A stretch of DNA of 64,000 nt from Octopus sinensis. Its lineage: Eukaryota. Below, piece by piece: positions 53,035 through 64,000 of the stretch. The DNA lies in assembly GCF_006345805.1 (NCBI RefSeq), contig NC_043020.1, forward strand, positions 30,752,001-30,816,000. Reading direction: 5' to 3'. The position numbers and the translations under genes were made by a program. Every line of letters begins with the position of its first letter. Positions within the stretch are counted from its first letter, which is position 1. The notes under the pieces were generated by a model. That model was given only the letters and a program-made list of their open reading frames with translations. It was not told the origin of the DNA and searched no databases.

Positions 53035-53803
53035 TCAGGAACCTGGATATAATGTTGCAGCCTCCACAAGAAACTTATGAACTCGCTGGGTTGGTGGTGA
53101 AACAGCTCCTAGGAAAAGGAACCGAGCGACGTACTGCCTCAGGTATTCGGGCCTCCTTCCAGATAGTGAACCACAGTCAGGCTGTTGAGGTTACTATAGG
53201 CCCGCCAACAGTCAGTATAAATAATTGAGCCATGCCTGATGTAACGGGTAATAAATGCAAAGTCCCGGCATCTCGTCCGTCGGCCTCACCAGATTCGTTT
53301 AGCAGTGGAACCATAAAAGCCGTCCTACTTTTCCGTTCCAGTCCGCCAAAAACCCAAACCGTTTTCAGTCCTGCCGCATTGGTATTTCGACGGACCAAAA
53401 CCGTCTCATCAACTTCTTCTTCAATCCCCCACCCCCCGGTCCTCCGATAACAGTTTCGTGTTTTTTGCCCCAAACTGGCAGACCTCCAATCTACGGACGT
53501 TTTACGGCAGAATCCGAGGTTTTCCCCAATTAATGTGTGCGACCAAGCTGTGCTGAGGAAATGGTTGATAAAAAGCAAAACTGTCGTAGGCGGAAGATGG
53601 ACGCCTTCCAGAAAGGTGCCCTTAAATGTAGATATGGAATATCCACATTCCCTTTTCGACTGTCCACGTCGTCGCATCACCTTATGGCAGCAAAATGCAC
53701 GGGACATCGCAGTTCGGACAATCTCGTGTACGCGACAGGAGGCCGTGTTCGGATAAAAATGCGGTAAAATTTCAATAATGTTGCAAGAGTTACAAAGTGC
53801 CAT
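53035..53803 (-). mobile_element. Merlin-superfamily (IS1016/IS1595, ISXO2-like) transposase remnant
   Basis: GGWGIEEEVDET...VWVFGGLERKSRTAFMVP, then frameshifted GSIIYTDCWRAY and YLRQYVARFLF...FLVEAATLYP. The region of the third catalytic residue appears deleted. Confidence 0.88.
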
Positions 53804-54240
53804 GCAGTTGTATGAAGGTGTAAATTAAATGAGAATAAATATTAGTGTAATTCTTTCACTTGTAGTGTGGAAGGGCACTATTTCGTTTGGCGGAGACGTA
53901 AATGGACCCCTCCACCCCTTTAGAAAAAAAATTGTTTTTTCGTCTATGGAGATTCTGATTCTGAGAAAATATTGTTTGTAAAATTTGAATTTTACAAAAA
54001 AAAAAAAAAAAAAATTACCCCGACCCCTTCACTTGCACAAACTACATTGAGACCCATAGGTCCCGAATCAAAAGACGGTTGTAGTCTATCGCTGGATCAT
54101 CGGACGATATGAAATGGTCTGGCGTCGACGAATCTATTTCGAGAAATGTATGGATTTACGGCGAAGAAAGATTTCCAGAAGTTCTATACATTTCTCAAAC
54201 ACATTGCCGAAGTTTATTCCCACTAAATTCCAACTCCGTA

Positions 54241-54425
54241 CCTGGCGGAGGTTTCGGTTGTAAAAAAAAAAAAAAGAATTAACATTTTCATTTCACTTTG
54301 CGGGAAATTACTCTGAAAGAAACCTTTGCAGAAAGGTGAGTAGATTCATAACCTATTTTTGTCATTATGTTATCGCAGTTTTGTGAGATTTGGCTGTTAT
54401 TTCTAGCATATTTTCTCCGTTCCTT
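54241..54425 (+). pseudogene. Inverted, degraded copy of the predicted CEP126 exon 1 plus about 90 bp of intron
   Basis: Reverse complement of 52700-52885; ATG changed to CTG, poly-A expansion, 11-nt deletion; donor AAG|GTGAGT retained. Confidence 0.7.
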
Positions 54426-55516
54426 TTCAGCGGGATAGACTGGCGAGGGGTTTATGAATCAATTTTGGAGTTTCCTCACAGAAAATTTGAAATGAATTCC
54501 CCACCCATATTCTTAATCTCCATATTTTTCCACGTTGATTGAAAAATAAGTTAAAATTCAAAAATTTGGGGTGGGGAGGGAGAAAATTAAAATTTTGAAA
54601 AAATGGTTTTTGGCAAATTCAGAATCTCCGTCGTCGAAAAATTTTCTTCTTAAAAAAGAAAAATTGACTTTTCGTGCCAGTGCACTTGTAGCTATTAAAC
54701 CTATATTCTTTTACCTGTTTCAGTCGACAGACTGCAGCCAGTCTGGAGTACCTCCTTGAAGGATTTACTCAAACAAATCGACTCCAGTAATAATTTTAAA
54801 GTCTGGTTCTCATTCGACTGGTTTCTTTTTCCGGATCGCTTAGTTACAGGAACGTAAACAAAGCAGCATCGGTGCGGGCAGTAGAAAGATATGTATGTCT
54901 ACCAAATCCACTCAGAAGGCTTAAGTTTGCCAGGGCTATCTAAGTTGCAAGACAGTGGGACTGAACCCGGAACGATGTAACTGGGAAGTAAGCTTCTTAC
55001 TACTGAGCATGTGCTTGTGTGTGTGTGTGTGTGTGAGGTTGAAGAGGGACGGTCTCAGAAGGTGTTGCTTCGTTGACTCCATATGGAAAATGGAAACGAC
55101 AGGAGAGGTGAGATGTTAGAAATGGATGTGAGGGAGCGAGTCGGACATTATTTAGGTTGTGGTCGTGTGAGTGCAAGCTCGTAGGTGAAGTACGTGTTAC
55201 GTGACTATATATATATATATAAATATAGTCAGAGAGAGAGAAAAGCGTTGGGTCGATAAAAAAATACAAGCTTTAAATATTTGAAAGCTTGAAACTGTTA
55301 TGGGGGCGTTGTAGACTGTGTATTGTTGTTATGTTTAGTGTGTATTGTGGTGGAGAGGATCTAAACACAAATTTCTCGATGTTGGTTCTACGGTTGAAGA
55401 TTAAATGAGAGAGAGAGACGAGGCAATCTAGTGGAAACATGGAAAATAACAATAGTTATGAACATTAACACATATTTATCAAAGTGTTTGTGCGTGTGTA
55501 ATGTATACACACACTC

Positions 55517-55573
<57 letters not shown>

Positions 55574-55812
55574 TATGTGTGTATGTACGTATTAAAATAT
55601 ATAAAATATAGGAGAATGATAGAGGGAAAAGAGGAAGAAGATAAAAATGAAAGAGATGAACATGTTCTGTAAAGGATACGAGTAAGCTCCGGCCAACATT
55701 CTGACAAGACTGACCCCTGAAGAGGAGTCTTGGACGATAAGGAATCAGGCGTCAAGTATAAGTCCTAACATCACAAACATTGCTGTTAGGACGCCATATT
55801 GTCTCTGTGCTG

Positions 55813-55826
55813 GCTGCCATGGCAAC
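55813..55826. promoter_or_regulatory. RFX X-box-like motif GCTGCCATGGCAAC
   Basis: One mismatch to the GTTGCCATGGCAAC consensus, in a relatively CpG-richer region about 2.9 kb upstream of the predicted ATG. Confidence 0.45.
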
Positions 55827-56568
55827 AGACGTATACAATTGCAACAATCAACAAGAAGTCAGTGAAAAAGAGAGAAAGAACGAAGCTTAACACCGCCTCT
55901 TTTTCCTTTTCTTTCTATTACTACCACCGCCGCCATCACTACAGCTAAGAATAATTATTATTGTTTGAGTTAATTTTATTGGAATACAATAGGTATGTAT
56001 ATGATACATACCTAACGCAAAACCACATTAAAAATATAAATCCAAAATCGGGAGAAAAAATGGAAAAAGAGGAACAAGGAAAAATAAGGAAAGAAAAGAA
56101 GAAAAACGAAAAAAATAAACATCACTTGAACCCCGAGTGGTGCCTCAATCGATGACACATCTCAAGGTTAACAGAACCTCCTGAAGCAAGCCAACACGCT
56201 CGCAGCATTACCACAGCCAAGCGCCTTCACCGGCACAATAATAATAAGAATAAGAATAATAATTCTTTTTACTATAAGCACAAGGCCTGAAATTTGGGGG
56301 CGGGGGTAAGTCGATTATGCACTGGTGCATAACTGGTATTTAATTTATCGACCCCGAAAGGATGAAAGGCAAAGTCAACCTTAGCAGAATTTGAATTCAG
56401 AACGTAGTGATGTGCGAAATACCACTTTTTCGTTTGGCATGCTAATGATTCTGCCAGCTCGCCGCCTTATATAATAATAATGCTTTCTACTATAGGTACA
56501 AGGCCTGAAGTTTGGCGGGAGGGGCCAGTCAATTAGATCGACCCCAGTACACAATAATCATCGTTTAA

Positions 56569-56877
56569 TGATGTGGTTGCAAAAATTGTCTGACAGCCAT
56601 GACTGGGTTCTCCTGCTTGTGAGGAGGCATGGTGCAGAGTCCTGTTGCCAGACACAGGGTCTCCCAGCAGCCCACTCTCAAATGTTTGTATTGGAGCTTC
56701 CAGTGCGAATGCCATTTCAAAAATTCTGGCAGAGTGACTTGTGTCATGGTGCTGTTTTTCTCACAGGTGATGCCCAACTGACCCTACTATACTGTGTAGT
56801 TGATCAAATGAAAAACAAACAATGCACATGCACGAAATGAAAGATATAAAATGGTGACAATTTACCCATTGCACCCT
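56569..56877 (-). mobile_element. Internally deleted Tc1/mariner fragment (DD37D/maT-like)
   Basis: GRPCVWQQDSAPC..SRRTQSWLSDNFCNHI remnant; terminus TA-TAGGGTGCAATGGGTAAATTGTCACC. Confidence 0.75.
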
Positions 56878-57398
56878 ATATTTTGGGGTAATTGGTTAAA
56901 AAAGTTCCCCGACCCCTGCTCTAGAACAATATTCTGTGTAAAGCCAAAAGTATGGTACTCTAGTCATAATACCAACTTGAACTTCTAACTTGCTGTCTCT
57001 GGGTGAGACTTGGAGTCAACCTGTACAAATACAAAGCAGAAGCCAAACATATACTAACCAGCAGAGATGCTCGGCATTAAAATGACATAGGTTTTTATTG
57101 TTTTACTTGTTTCATTCACGTGACTGCAGCCATGCTGAAGCACTGCTGTTGGTCGAAGAAATCAACCACAGGATTTATTCTTTGTAAGCCTAGTACTCAT
57201 TCTGTCAGTGTCTTTTACCAAACCGCTAAGTTACGGGAATGTAAACACAACAACATCAGTTGTCAAGCAATGGTGGGGTACAAACACAAGACGCACACAT
57301 ACACATACACAAATATACACATATAGACGACAGCCTTCTTTCAATTTCCGAGTATGAAATCCACTCACAAGGTTTTGGTTGGCCTGAGGCTATAATAA

Positions 57399-57447
<49 letters not shown>

Positions 57448-57452
<5 letters not shown>

Positions 57453-58270
57453 GCTGACATACCCGGTAATTCCTGGGAAAGCGGGCTCTTATCCCTTGGT
57501 TCCGTTCTCATAATTGTTTCGTTAATCCAGTAACAACAATACAAAGTATATAGCCCTTAAAATGGTTTTTGTGTATTTATTGAGAACACCAAACTGTCTT
57601 ACAAAGGATCTTGTTTTTAGGAATTCCCAGTAAGTTATGAATAGCCAAATTATGAAGTCAGTTATGTAAGAACATGAAATTAATTACCCTATAGTAAGAA
57701 TTCAAATAAAGTAGCCCTGAAAAGGGCTTTAATATGTTCCCAGAGTATATAGATTTTAGGAGGAACAACTAATAAGGTATGTATACTAAAATCATGAAAC
57801 ATTACGTAATAACAGGCTAATCGGATATGAGATAATAGCAATTCAAAGTAACTAACTGTGAAAAAAAGCTTTTGTACGTTCCCAGAGAATATTACCCTCA
57901 GTGGCGCTAGTGTTGGTATATACGCAAATAAGCCACTAACCAAATAAGTGGATCTATTGTTTAAGAGAATACTATTTACTTGTTTAAGTGTTATATTGGA
58001 TAAATTGAGAAACTAACTAAAATGGTTCAAATACTAAGAAATAAGGATACTGAAAATGAATGGGTCATTTCCCTTAGAAGCTTATAAATCATTACTCACG
58101 CCCAAATGTTATTCCTCCCGCCGTTTACCCGAACATTTTTTCGAAATCAATTTATACTTAAAACCTCCCCAGACACATAAGCAATGTGTGGGTGAAGTTT
58201 AAGAAAAATCGGTCGAGCTGTTTTGGCACAATACGAGGACATACAGATACACACACACAGAAATTTTCAG
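57448..58270 (+). mobile_element. Helitron/Helentron-like non-autonomous element
   Basis: Starts TAGCTGACATACCCGG after (TA)n and ends AAATCGGTCGAGCTGTTTT...ACAGATACACACAC...TTTTAATATGTAAGAT, an architecture recalled from DINE-1/HINE-like families. Confidence 0.45.
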
Positions 58271-59669
58271 TTTTAATATGTAAGATAACAATAACAATAA
58301 TAATAATAATCGTTTCAAATTTTGCCACAAGGGCTGCAATTTTGGGGGAGGGGATGAGTTGATTACACTGACCCAAGTGTTCAACTGGTACTTATTTTAT
58401 TGACCCCGAAAAGATGAAAGGCAAAGTTGATCTCGACAGAATTTGAACTCAGAACGTAGTAATGAGCGAAATGTCGCTAAGCGTTTTGCCCAGCTTGTCA
58501 CTTTAATAATAATAATATGCATAAAGTACTGTCTGAGGTCCTAAGTGTGTGTCAAAAATCCTGATGTTGCTGATAGCCATCAAATCTGTAGCAAGCGCCT
58601 GAGGTTATTTAGTAGGTAAGCCTGCCTTCATAGCGGCATCAGGCTATGTGCATTTCTACAACCAACTTTCTGAGCTTCCATGTCGGTAGGAAAGAAAAAT
58701 GAAAAGGAAGTGGATGGTCACCAACCTTAATGTCTTTTTCTCTCTTGGCAGTTGGGTGTATCAAAATCTCATCTCTGTAAATGAGTCTTTGGGGAAATCC
58801 TGAAAGAGTCTCTTTGATGCCATGAGGATGGAGTTAGCCCACATCACGTGTGAACCCCTTTTTCATTATTCTCTATGTGCAGTTTTACCAGTTTCAAGTC
58901 CTCAGAGACTTTAATCATATTGATAATTCTAAAACTCTGGGGTTTTTTTGTGTGTAACTGAAATATCTCAGAAATAGTATATTTTATCTAATTTTTTTTT
59001 ATATATATTTATTTTCATAGCTATCTTCGGAAGTGGAAACAAATTTTTGTGACAGTTGGATCGCTATTTAAGCAACTAATTACAATTTTTGTTATTTCTT
59101 GATGAAAAAAAATACATGGCTTTCATGACGTCAACACACATCCGAGAATTCACACACACACACACACACATAATGGGGTGTCGATCAACAGAAACACACG
59201 TTCGCTGTCTGTTACACACACACACACACATTGTTTTTGTGCTCTCGAAGTAGAAAAAAAAACATTGATTTTTTGACCTACACAGTATTTTAATCATTTA
59301 GAAATAATTTTAACTGAATGTGATTTCATCATCCAGATTTTGTTAATTTCCGTAAAACTTTTTTATCTTCACCTTAAGCGAAGTCATGTTTGTCTATGGA
59401 CAAGATATCTCAAGAACCGTTGGATGGATTCGGATGAAACTTTCAGGGGTGTTTGACCTTGTGACTGGCACGAACTGATAAAATTTTGGGATCGCTCTGG
59501 TACCGGACAAGGATTCTGGATTACTTTTTATATTTTCTTTACATGTATATGTAAAGTTCCACATGGTTCTCTTGTACATGGACAAACATACACACACACA
59601 TATACTCACACTTCAAGCGCCGTTTGTCGGCTTCTTCACTCCTTCCCTCATTATTCACCTGTCACCCCA

Positions 59670-59890
59670 GGGCGGCGAACTGGCAGAGTGGTTAGCGCGC
59701 CGGGCAAAATGCTTAGCGGTAATTCGTCCGTCGTTACGTTCCAAGTTCAAATTCCGCCGACGTCGAATTTGCCTTTCATCCTTTCGGGGTCGATAAATAA
59801 AATACCAGTTTCGCACTGGGGTCGATGTAATCGAATTAATCCCTTTGTCTGTCCTTGTTTTAGCCCCTTGTGGGCAGTAAAGAAATATAT
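59670..59890 (+). mobile_element. Young tRNA-derived SINE family B copy
   Basis: GGCGGCGAACTGGCAGAGTGGTTAGCG...GTTCAAATTCC with A/B boxes; CpG-rich. Other copies at 60348, 56270(-), 58310(-), 24075(-), 25340(-), 25610, 17885(-) and 50165. Confidence 0.88.
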
Positions 59891-60295
59891 TAATCGGCGA
59901 TCACCCCTTCCTTTCTCATTCATATGACGCTCTCTTTGCCATTTATCTCCTCTACCTTCACCTCTCACTCTGGCTCTAGTGCATGTATGTATAATATATA
60001 TATATATAAATGGCGCTGCCCCAGCATGGCCACAGCTCGTGAGCTGAAACTAGATTTTTAAAAATATATATATGCCTATATTTCGTTATACCTCTCAACA
60101 GCTCGTTAATTTCCATAAAAAATTCTTACTTATTTACTTTTGTTTTATAGTGAAAGATGTATGAAATGGACGGGTGTGGGAGAGAGTTAGGCATACACGA
60201 GATCACACACTTTCTCTCTCTCTCTCTCTCTCTCACACATGTACATACAAAAAAGATATAGGCATATGTACTGATGTATGTACGTATACATAACA

Positions 60296-60834
60296 GGTAC
60301 TACTAGCGAACAGTGGTCCCGGTGCGCGCATCCGTACTAGCTAGTCGAGCTGGCAGAAACGTTAGCACGCCGGGCGAAATGCTTAGCGGTATTTCGTCTG
60401 CGTTACGTTGTGAGTTCAAATTCCGCCGTGGTCGACTTTGCCTTTCATCCTTTCGGGGTCGATAAATTAAGTACCAGTTACGCACTGGGGTCGATGTAAT
60501 CGACTTAATACCTATGTCTGTCCTTGTTTATCCCCTCTGTGTTTAGCCCCTTGTGGGTAATAAAGAAATAGTAAGTAGTCGATCCTACAACGCCTTGCGC
60601 GTATGTTTGTATTTCACGGTTGAATACAAATCCAAGAAAATTAAATAATATTCTTCGAACAAAGTAAATAAAACGCAAAGTAACTAATTTTTTAAACTAA
60701 GTAAATAAATTGTTTTTATAAACAAACTAGGGTTAGGTTTAGGGTTAAAAAGTCGTTGTAGGATCGACTACTTACGACTAGCTAGCGCGGATGCGCGAGT
60801 GCGCGCACCGGGACCACTGTTCGCTAGTAGTACC
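60296..60834. mobile_element. MITE with about 75-bp TIRs; a SINE B copy (60348-60571) is inserted in the left TIR
   Basis: GGTACTACTAGCGAACAGTGGTCCCGGTGCGCGCA... and its reverse complement at 60753-60834; AACA directly flanks both ends. Confidence 0.85.
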
Positions 60835-61991
60835 AACACAATACACCTACACTCACTCTCCATTTCACGTACCTGTTCATACATCTTTCACTTTCAAACA
60901 AAAAGTAAATAAATAAATAAAATTTACGGAAATTAACGAAGTCAATCGACAGTTCTGCAAGTCAAAATGAAAGAACACCCCGTGAAGGGTTGTGTTATGT
61001 ATACATACATCAATATATGTTTACATCTTTTTTGTATGTACGTATTCATGTGTGTGAGTGAGTGAACGTGTATCCTCATGTATGTGTAAGAGGCACACAC
61101 ACACTCTCTCTCACACACTTTAAAACAAAAGTGACGTGATTTTCAAGATAAAAATTGCTTAAAAAAAGGCTTCTCCTCATCTAAATTGTTTGGATAATTC
61201 CAATTAAATAAGTCCAGAAGTTAGGTTAAATATATACACATGCAGAAGTACCATGAATTCCCACCGTTCCACAAACTGGCAAACAATTCCAGGAATACTT
61301 TACCTGGCAATGCTGGATAGTAAGTCTAAAGGCCTTCCCCTCAATGTCCCCACTTTGTGCTAAGTTCTTTATTTTTCTTCTCACTGGAACAAATTTAAGG
61401 GTTCATAAGATTTGCTGTTGTTGGAGTTGAGTAGTTCAGGAAGTTTTATGGATATTGTTGTTCTAGTTGTTATCGGGTTTGTTGTTGTTGTGGACATTGC
61501 AGTATTTGGTGGTGTTGTGTAGAGGAGGAGTATAAAAGACGATGAGAAGCCACAGAAATATATGTTCAAGAGGACATGCTCACGGAAGAGCAGGTAAAAG
61601 AGACAAAACTAAAGGGACCTCTTGACCCTACACTTACCCCTTTCATTTACCAACCACTTTATAGGGAGTGCATTTTACCATGACATCAGCACAAGAAAGA
61701 TTTGTGGGATTTATCTCAATAAATTATAGAAGGGTTTGCTTCCACAGCTAATATAAAAAATATCTATCAGAGATAACCTTTCAAAATCACATGAGTGTCT
61801 TTATCTTTTACTGGTTTCAGTCTCTGGACTGTGGCCATGCTAAGGCATTTTCTTGTATGGTTTAGTCAAATAAATCAACCCCAGGACTTATTCTATTGTT
61901 TCCGCTTCGCTGAATCACTCAGTCGTGGAGATATTAACAAACCAACACCAGTTGTCATGTGGGGACAAACACAAATACACACACATATATA

Positions 61992-62788
61992 TGAGCTGGT
62001 ATCAAAAAGTTGCTGGACTAGTGCCAACAGGTGGCAGCACATGGTTATGTGTGCGATGAGAACTAGCAGTGACTTTCACGAGGCAATGTGCTGAGCAACA
62101 AAGCTGGGTTTACTTTGCAAGTTGTGTTTTTGTGATCACGAGTGTCTGCTGTAGTCCGCGATTTTTGTCATGGGCAGGAACAAAAAGAGCCAACATGAAA
62201 ATTTGCATTTAATTTGGGAAGTCTGCTACAGAGACATAGAGCATGCTTCGGCAAGCTTATGGTGGCTAGGCAATGGGTGCTTCAAAAGTGGAAGAATGTC
62301 TCTGAAAGACCTGTCAAGAGCATCACCTCTGGAAATATGGTATTGTGCATTGAGAATTTGTCCCCCAGGACCGGACCATCGAGAGTTCAACTGCATTTGA
62401 GGAAGGACATTCGGTGAAAGCAACCATATTTGTGGAACATGAAAAACTGGATTCCTCACTCATGAGTTTCTCACCAAAAGCAACATGGCATCATTTCTGT
62501 ACCTGCTCTGTTCACCAGATTTAGCACCTGTGAACTTCCATCCCTTCCCCAAGATGAAAATGCAGCTCAAAGGTTGCTATTTTAACACCGTTGTTGAGAT
62601 CAAAAGCAAATTGCAGAAGGTCCTCAATTCCCTTACAGAAAATTACTTCCAGGCTGGATTCCAAATGTGGCAGGGATGCTGGGATTGGTGCACAAGGTGG
62701 ATTATTTCAAAGGAGATGTTAAAACTCAGGTAAAAAAGTTATTTTTTATTAAACATAACTCGTCCAGAAACCTTTTGATACCACCTCC
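61992..62788 (+). mobile_element. Internally deleted mariner element with TIRs and TA TSD
   Basis: TIR GAG.TGGTATCAAAA.GTT.CTGGAC at both ends; C-terminal remnant SPDLAPVNFHPFPKMKMQLKG...WDYFKGD. Confidence 0.88.
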
Positions 62789-63714
62789 TATGACAGGCTT
62801 CTTTCAGTTTCTGTCTACCTAATTCTCTCACAAGGCTTTGGTTGACCCAGGTCTATAGTAGAAAACACCTAATGTGCAAGCAGTGGGATTGAACCCAGAA
62901 CCATGTGATTGAGAAGCAAACTTCTTACCACAAAGCCATGTCTACACCTAAAATTATTTTAATTTAGTTCCAATAATTCAAAATTTATGAAAAAAAAAAA
63001 AAATCAACCCAGGACCCTTCATTAGTCCTCCAGTGGTGTGGAGGGGTCCCTCCCCCACCCCAGGGAATGTTTGTTTATGTGTATCTCAGAGATAGTGCTT
63101 TCCATCCATGTGATTTCTAAACACACACTATTATTACTTGCTGAATGATGACAAGTGTCCACACTTGTTATTTGTGTCTGGGGTTGTTATACCCCACCAT
63201 AACCATTCACTCTACTATTTATTGACAGGGACATTTTTGTTTCATTTTCTTTATTATTGTTTATTTTACTTATTTTTATGTCTGAAAGGCTGATTATTTC
63301 TCACATAATATATATATTATTGTCAACTGACCAACATCTTTTTCCTTTTTTGTTATTAGATGTTCTGAATGTCATAAAAGTGAAAATAACTCCTGAGATC
63401 AATTTGTTCAACTAATCCCTTTTAAGGTTGTGGCCCAGCATGGTCACACTCCAATGACTGGAAGAAATAAAAGATAAAAAGTCTAAAACCCAGTCTTTCC
63501 TGTAAGGTGTACAGTGTCTAGAAAACATTGGTGGGATTTTAGGTAAATTTGGCTGCAATTTCTAGCACCTAAATGACTATATTAGGCTTCCTCAACTCAT
63601 TAGTATTAGAAATATTCTGAAAAGTGTAAGTAAAATAATAGAATCCAAGAAAACTAGTGAAGGTTTGTATTAAAAATAACGAGCATCATTTGCAAAGTTC
63701 ACAGACTGACTGAG

Positions 63715-64000
63715 ATACTCTCATGGAATGCAACCAAATGAGGTTTATTTTTCAACATAATGACCCCTTGTGGTCCACATATTCCTTCCATCAGTGCTTA
63801 AGTACTTGGCTCCCATTGGTGAAGAAGCTTTCATCCTGTTGGTCAAAAAATGTCAACAACAGCAGATATGATGTCATTATCACTGTGATGCTGGTTCTCA
63901 GTCAAGTATTTCCCCATGTTAGGAAGCAGATGATAGCTAGATGGGGCCAAATTAGGGAAATAAGGATTGATAATCAACCACTTGAAAGCCATTCAAACCA
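63715..64000 (-). mobile_element. Mariner transposase C-terminal remnant (continues beyond the window)
   Basis: PNLAPSSYHLLPNMGKYL...HHSDNDIISAV...YVEK* resembles the YSPDLAPSD..LF..YVEK mariner end. Confidence 0.7.

Noticed and set aside
59670-59760. tRNA-like sequence as a true tRNA gene
   Set aside because: Has A/B boxes but no complete cloverleaf, and continues into a SINE body repeated many times in the window.
61304-61383. Minus-strand exon-like segment (RRKIKNLAQSGDIEGKAFRLTIQHCQ) as an upstream CEP126 exon
   Set aside because: Its phase-0 end cannot join exon 2 directly, competing plus-strand splice signals overlap it, there is no homology, and a better start exon exists at 52790-52887. 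It may belong to another gene.

Overview
Eukaryotic, AT- and microsatellite-rich intron/intergenic DNA that by its repeat families looks like an octopus (coleoid cephalopod) genome; the species assignment is inference. One multi-exon protein gene can be built by hand on the minus strand: a CEP126/KIAA1377-like centrosomal protein. The model has 10 phase-consistent exons between 52887 and about 18334 and gives about 1200 aa; the first and last exons are less certain. Most other sequence is repeat: a 43-bp minisatellite, about 7.6 kb of compound (TA)-based microsatellite (source of all the long YIYI/CVCV ORFs, which are artefacts), many decayed RTE-clade LINE 3' fragments, three tRNA-like SINE families, a Penelope-like fragment with hammerhead-ribozyme-like motifs, and fossils of pogo/Tigger, several Tc1/mariner, Merlin (IS1595-like), piggyBac-like and Helitron-like DNA elements. 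Most notable observations: (1) the predicted first coding exon sits in one arm of an inverted repeat enclosing a Merlin transposase, with a pseudogenised copy of the exon in the other arm; (2) two hammerhead-like motifs lie sense to the pre-mRNA in one intron; (3) head-to-head RTE pairs could form long intronic dsRNA; (4) the RTE ORF carries a PHD-like finger inside its RT region. All homology calls come from recalled motifs, not from database searches, and repeat boundaries are approximate.
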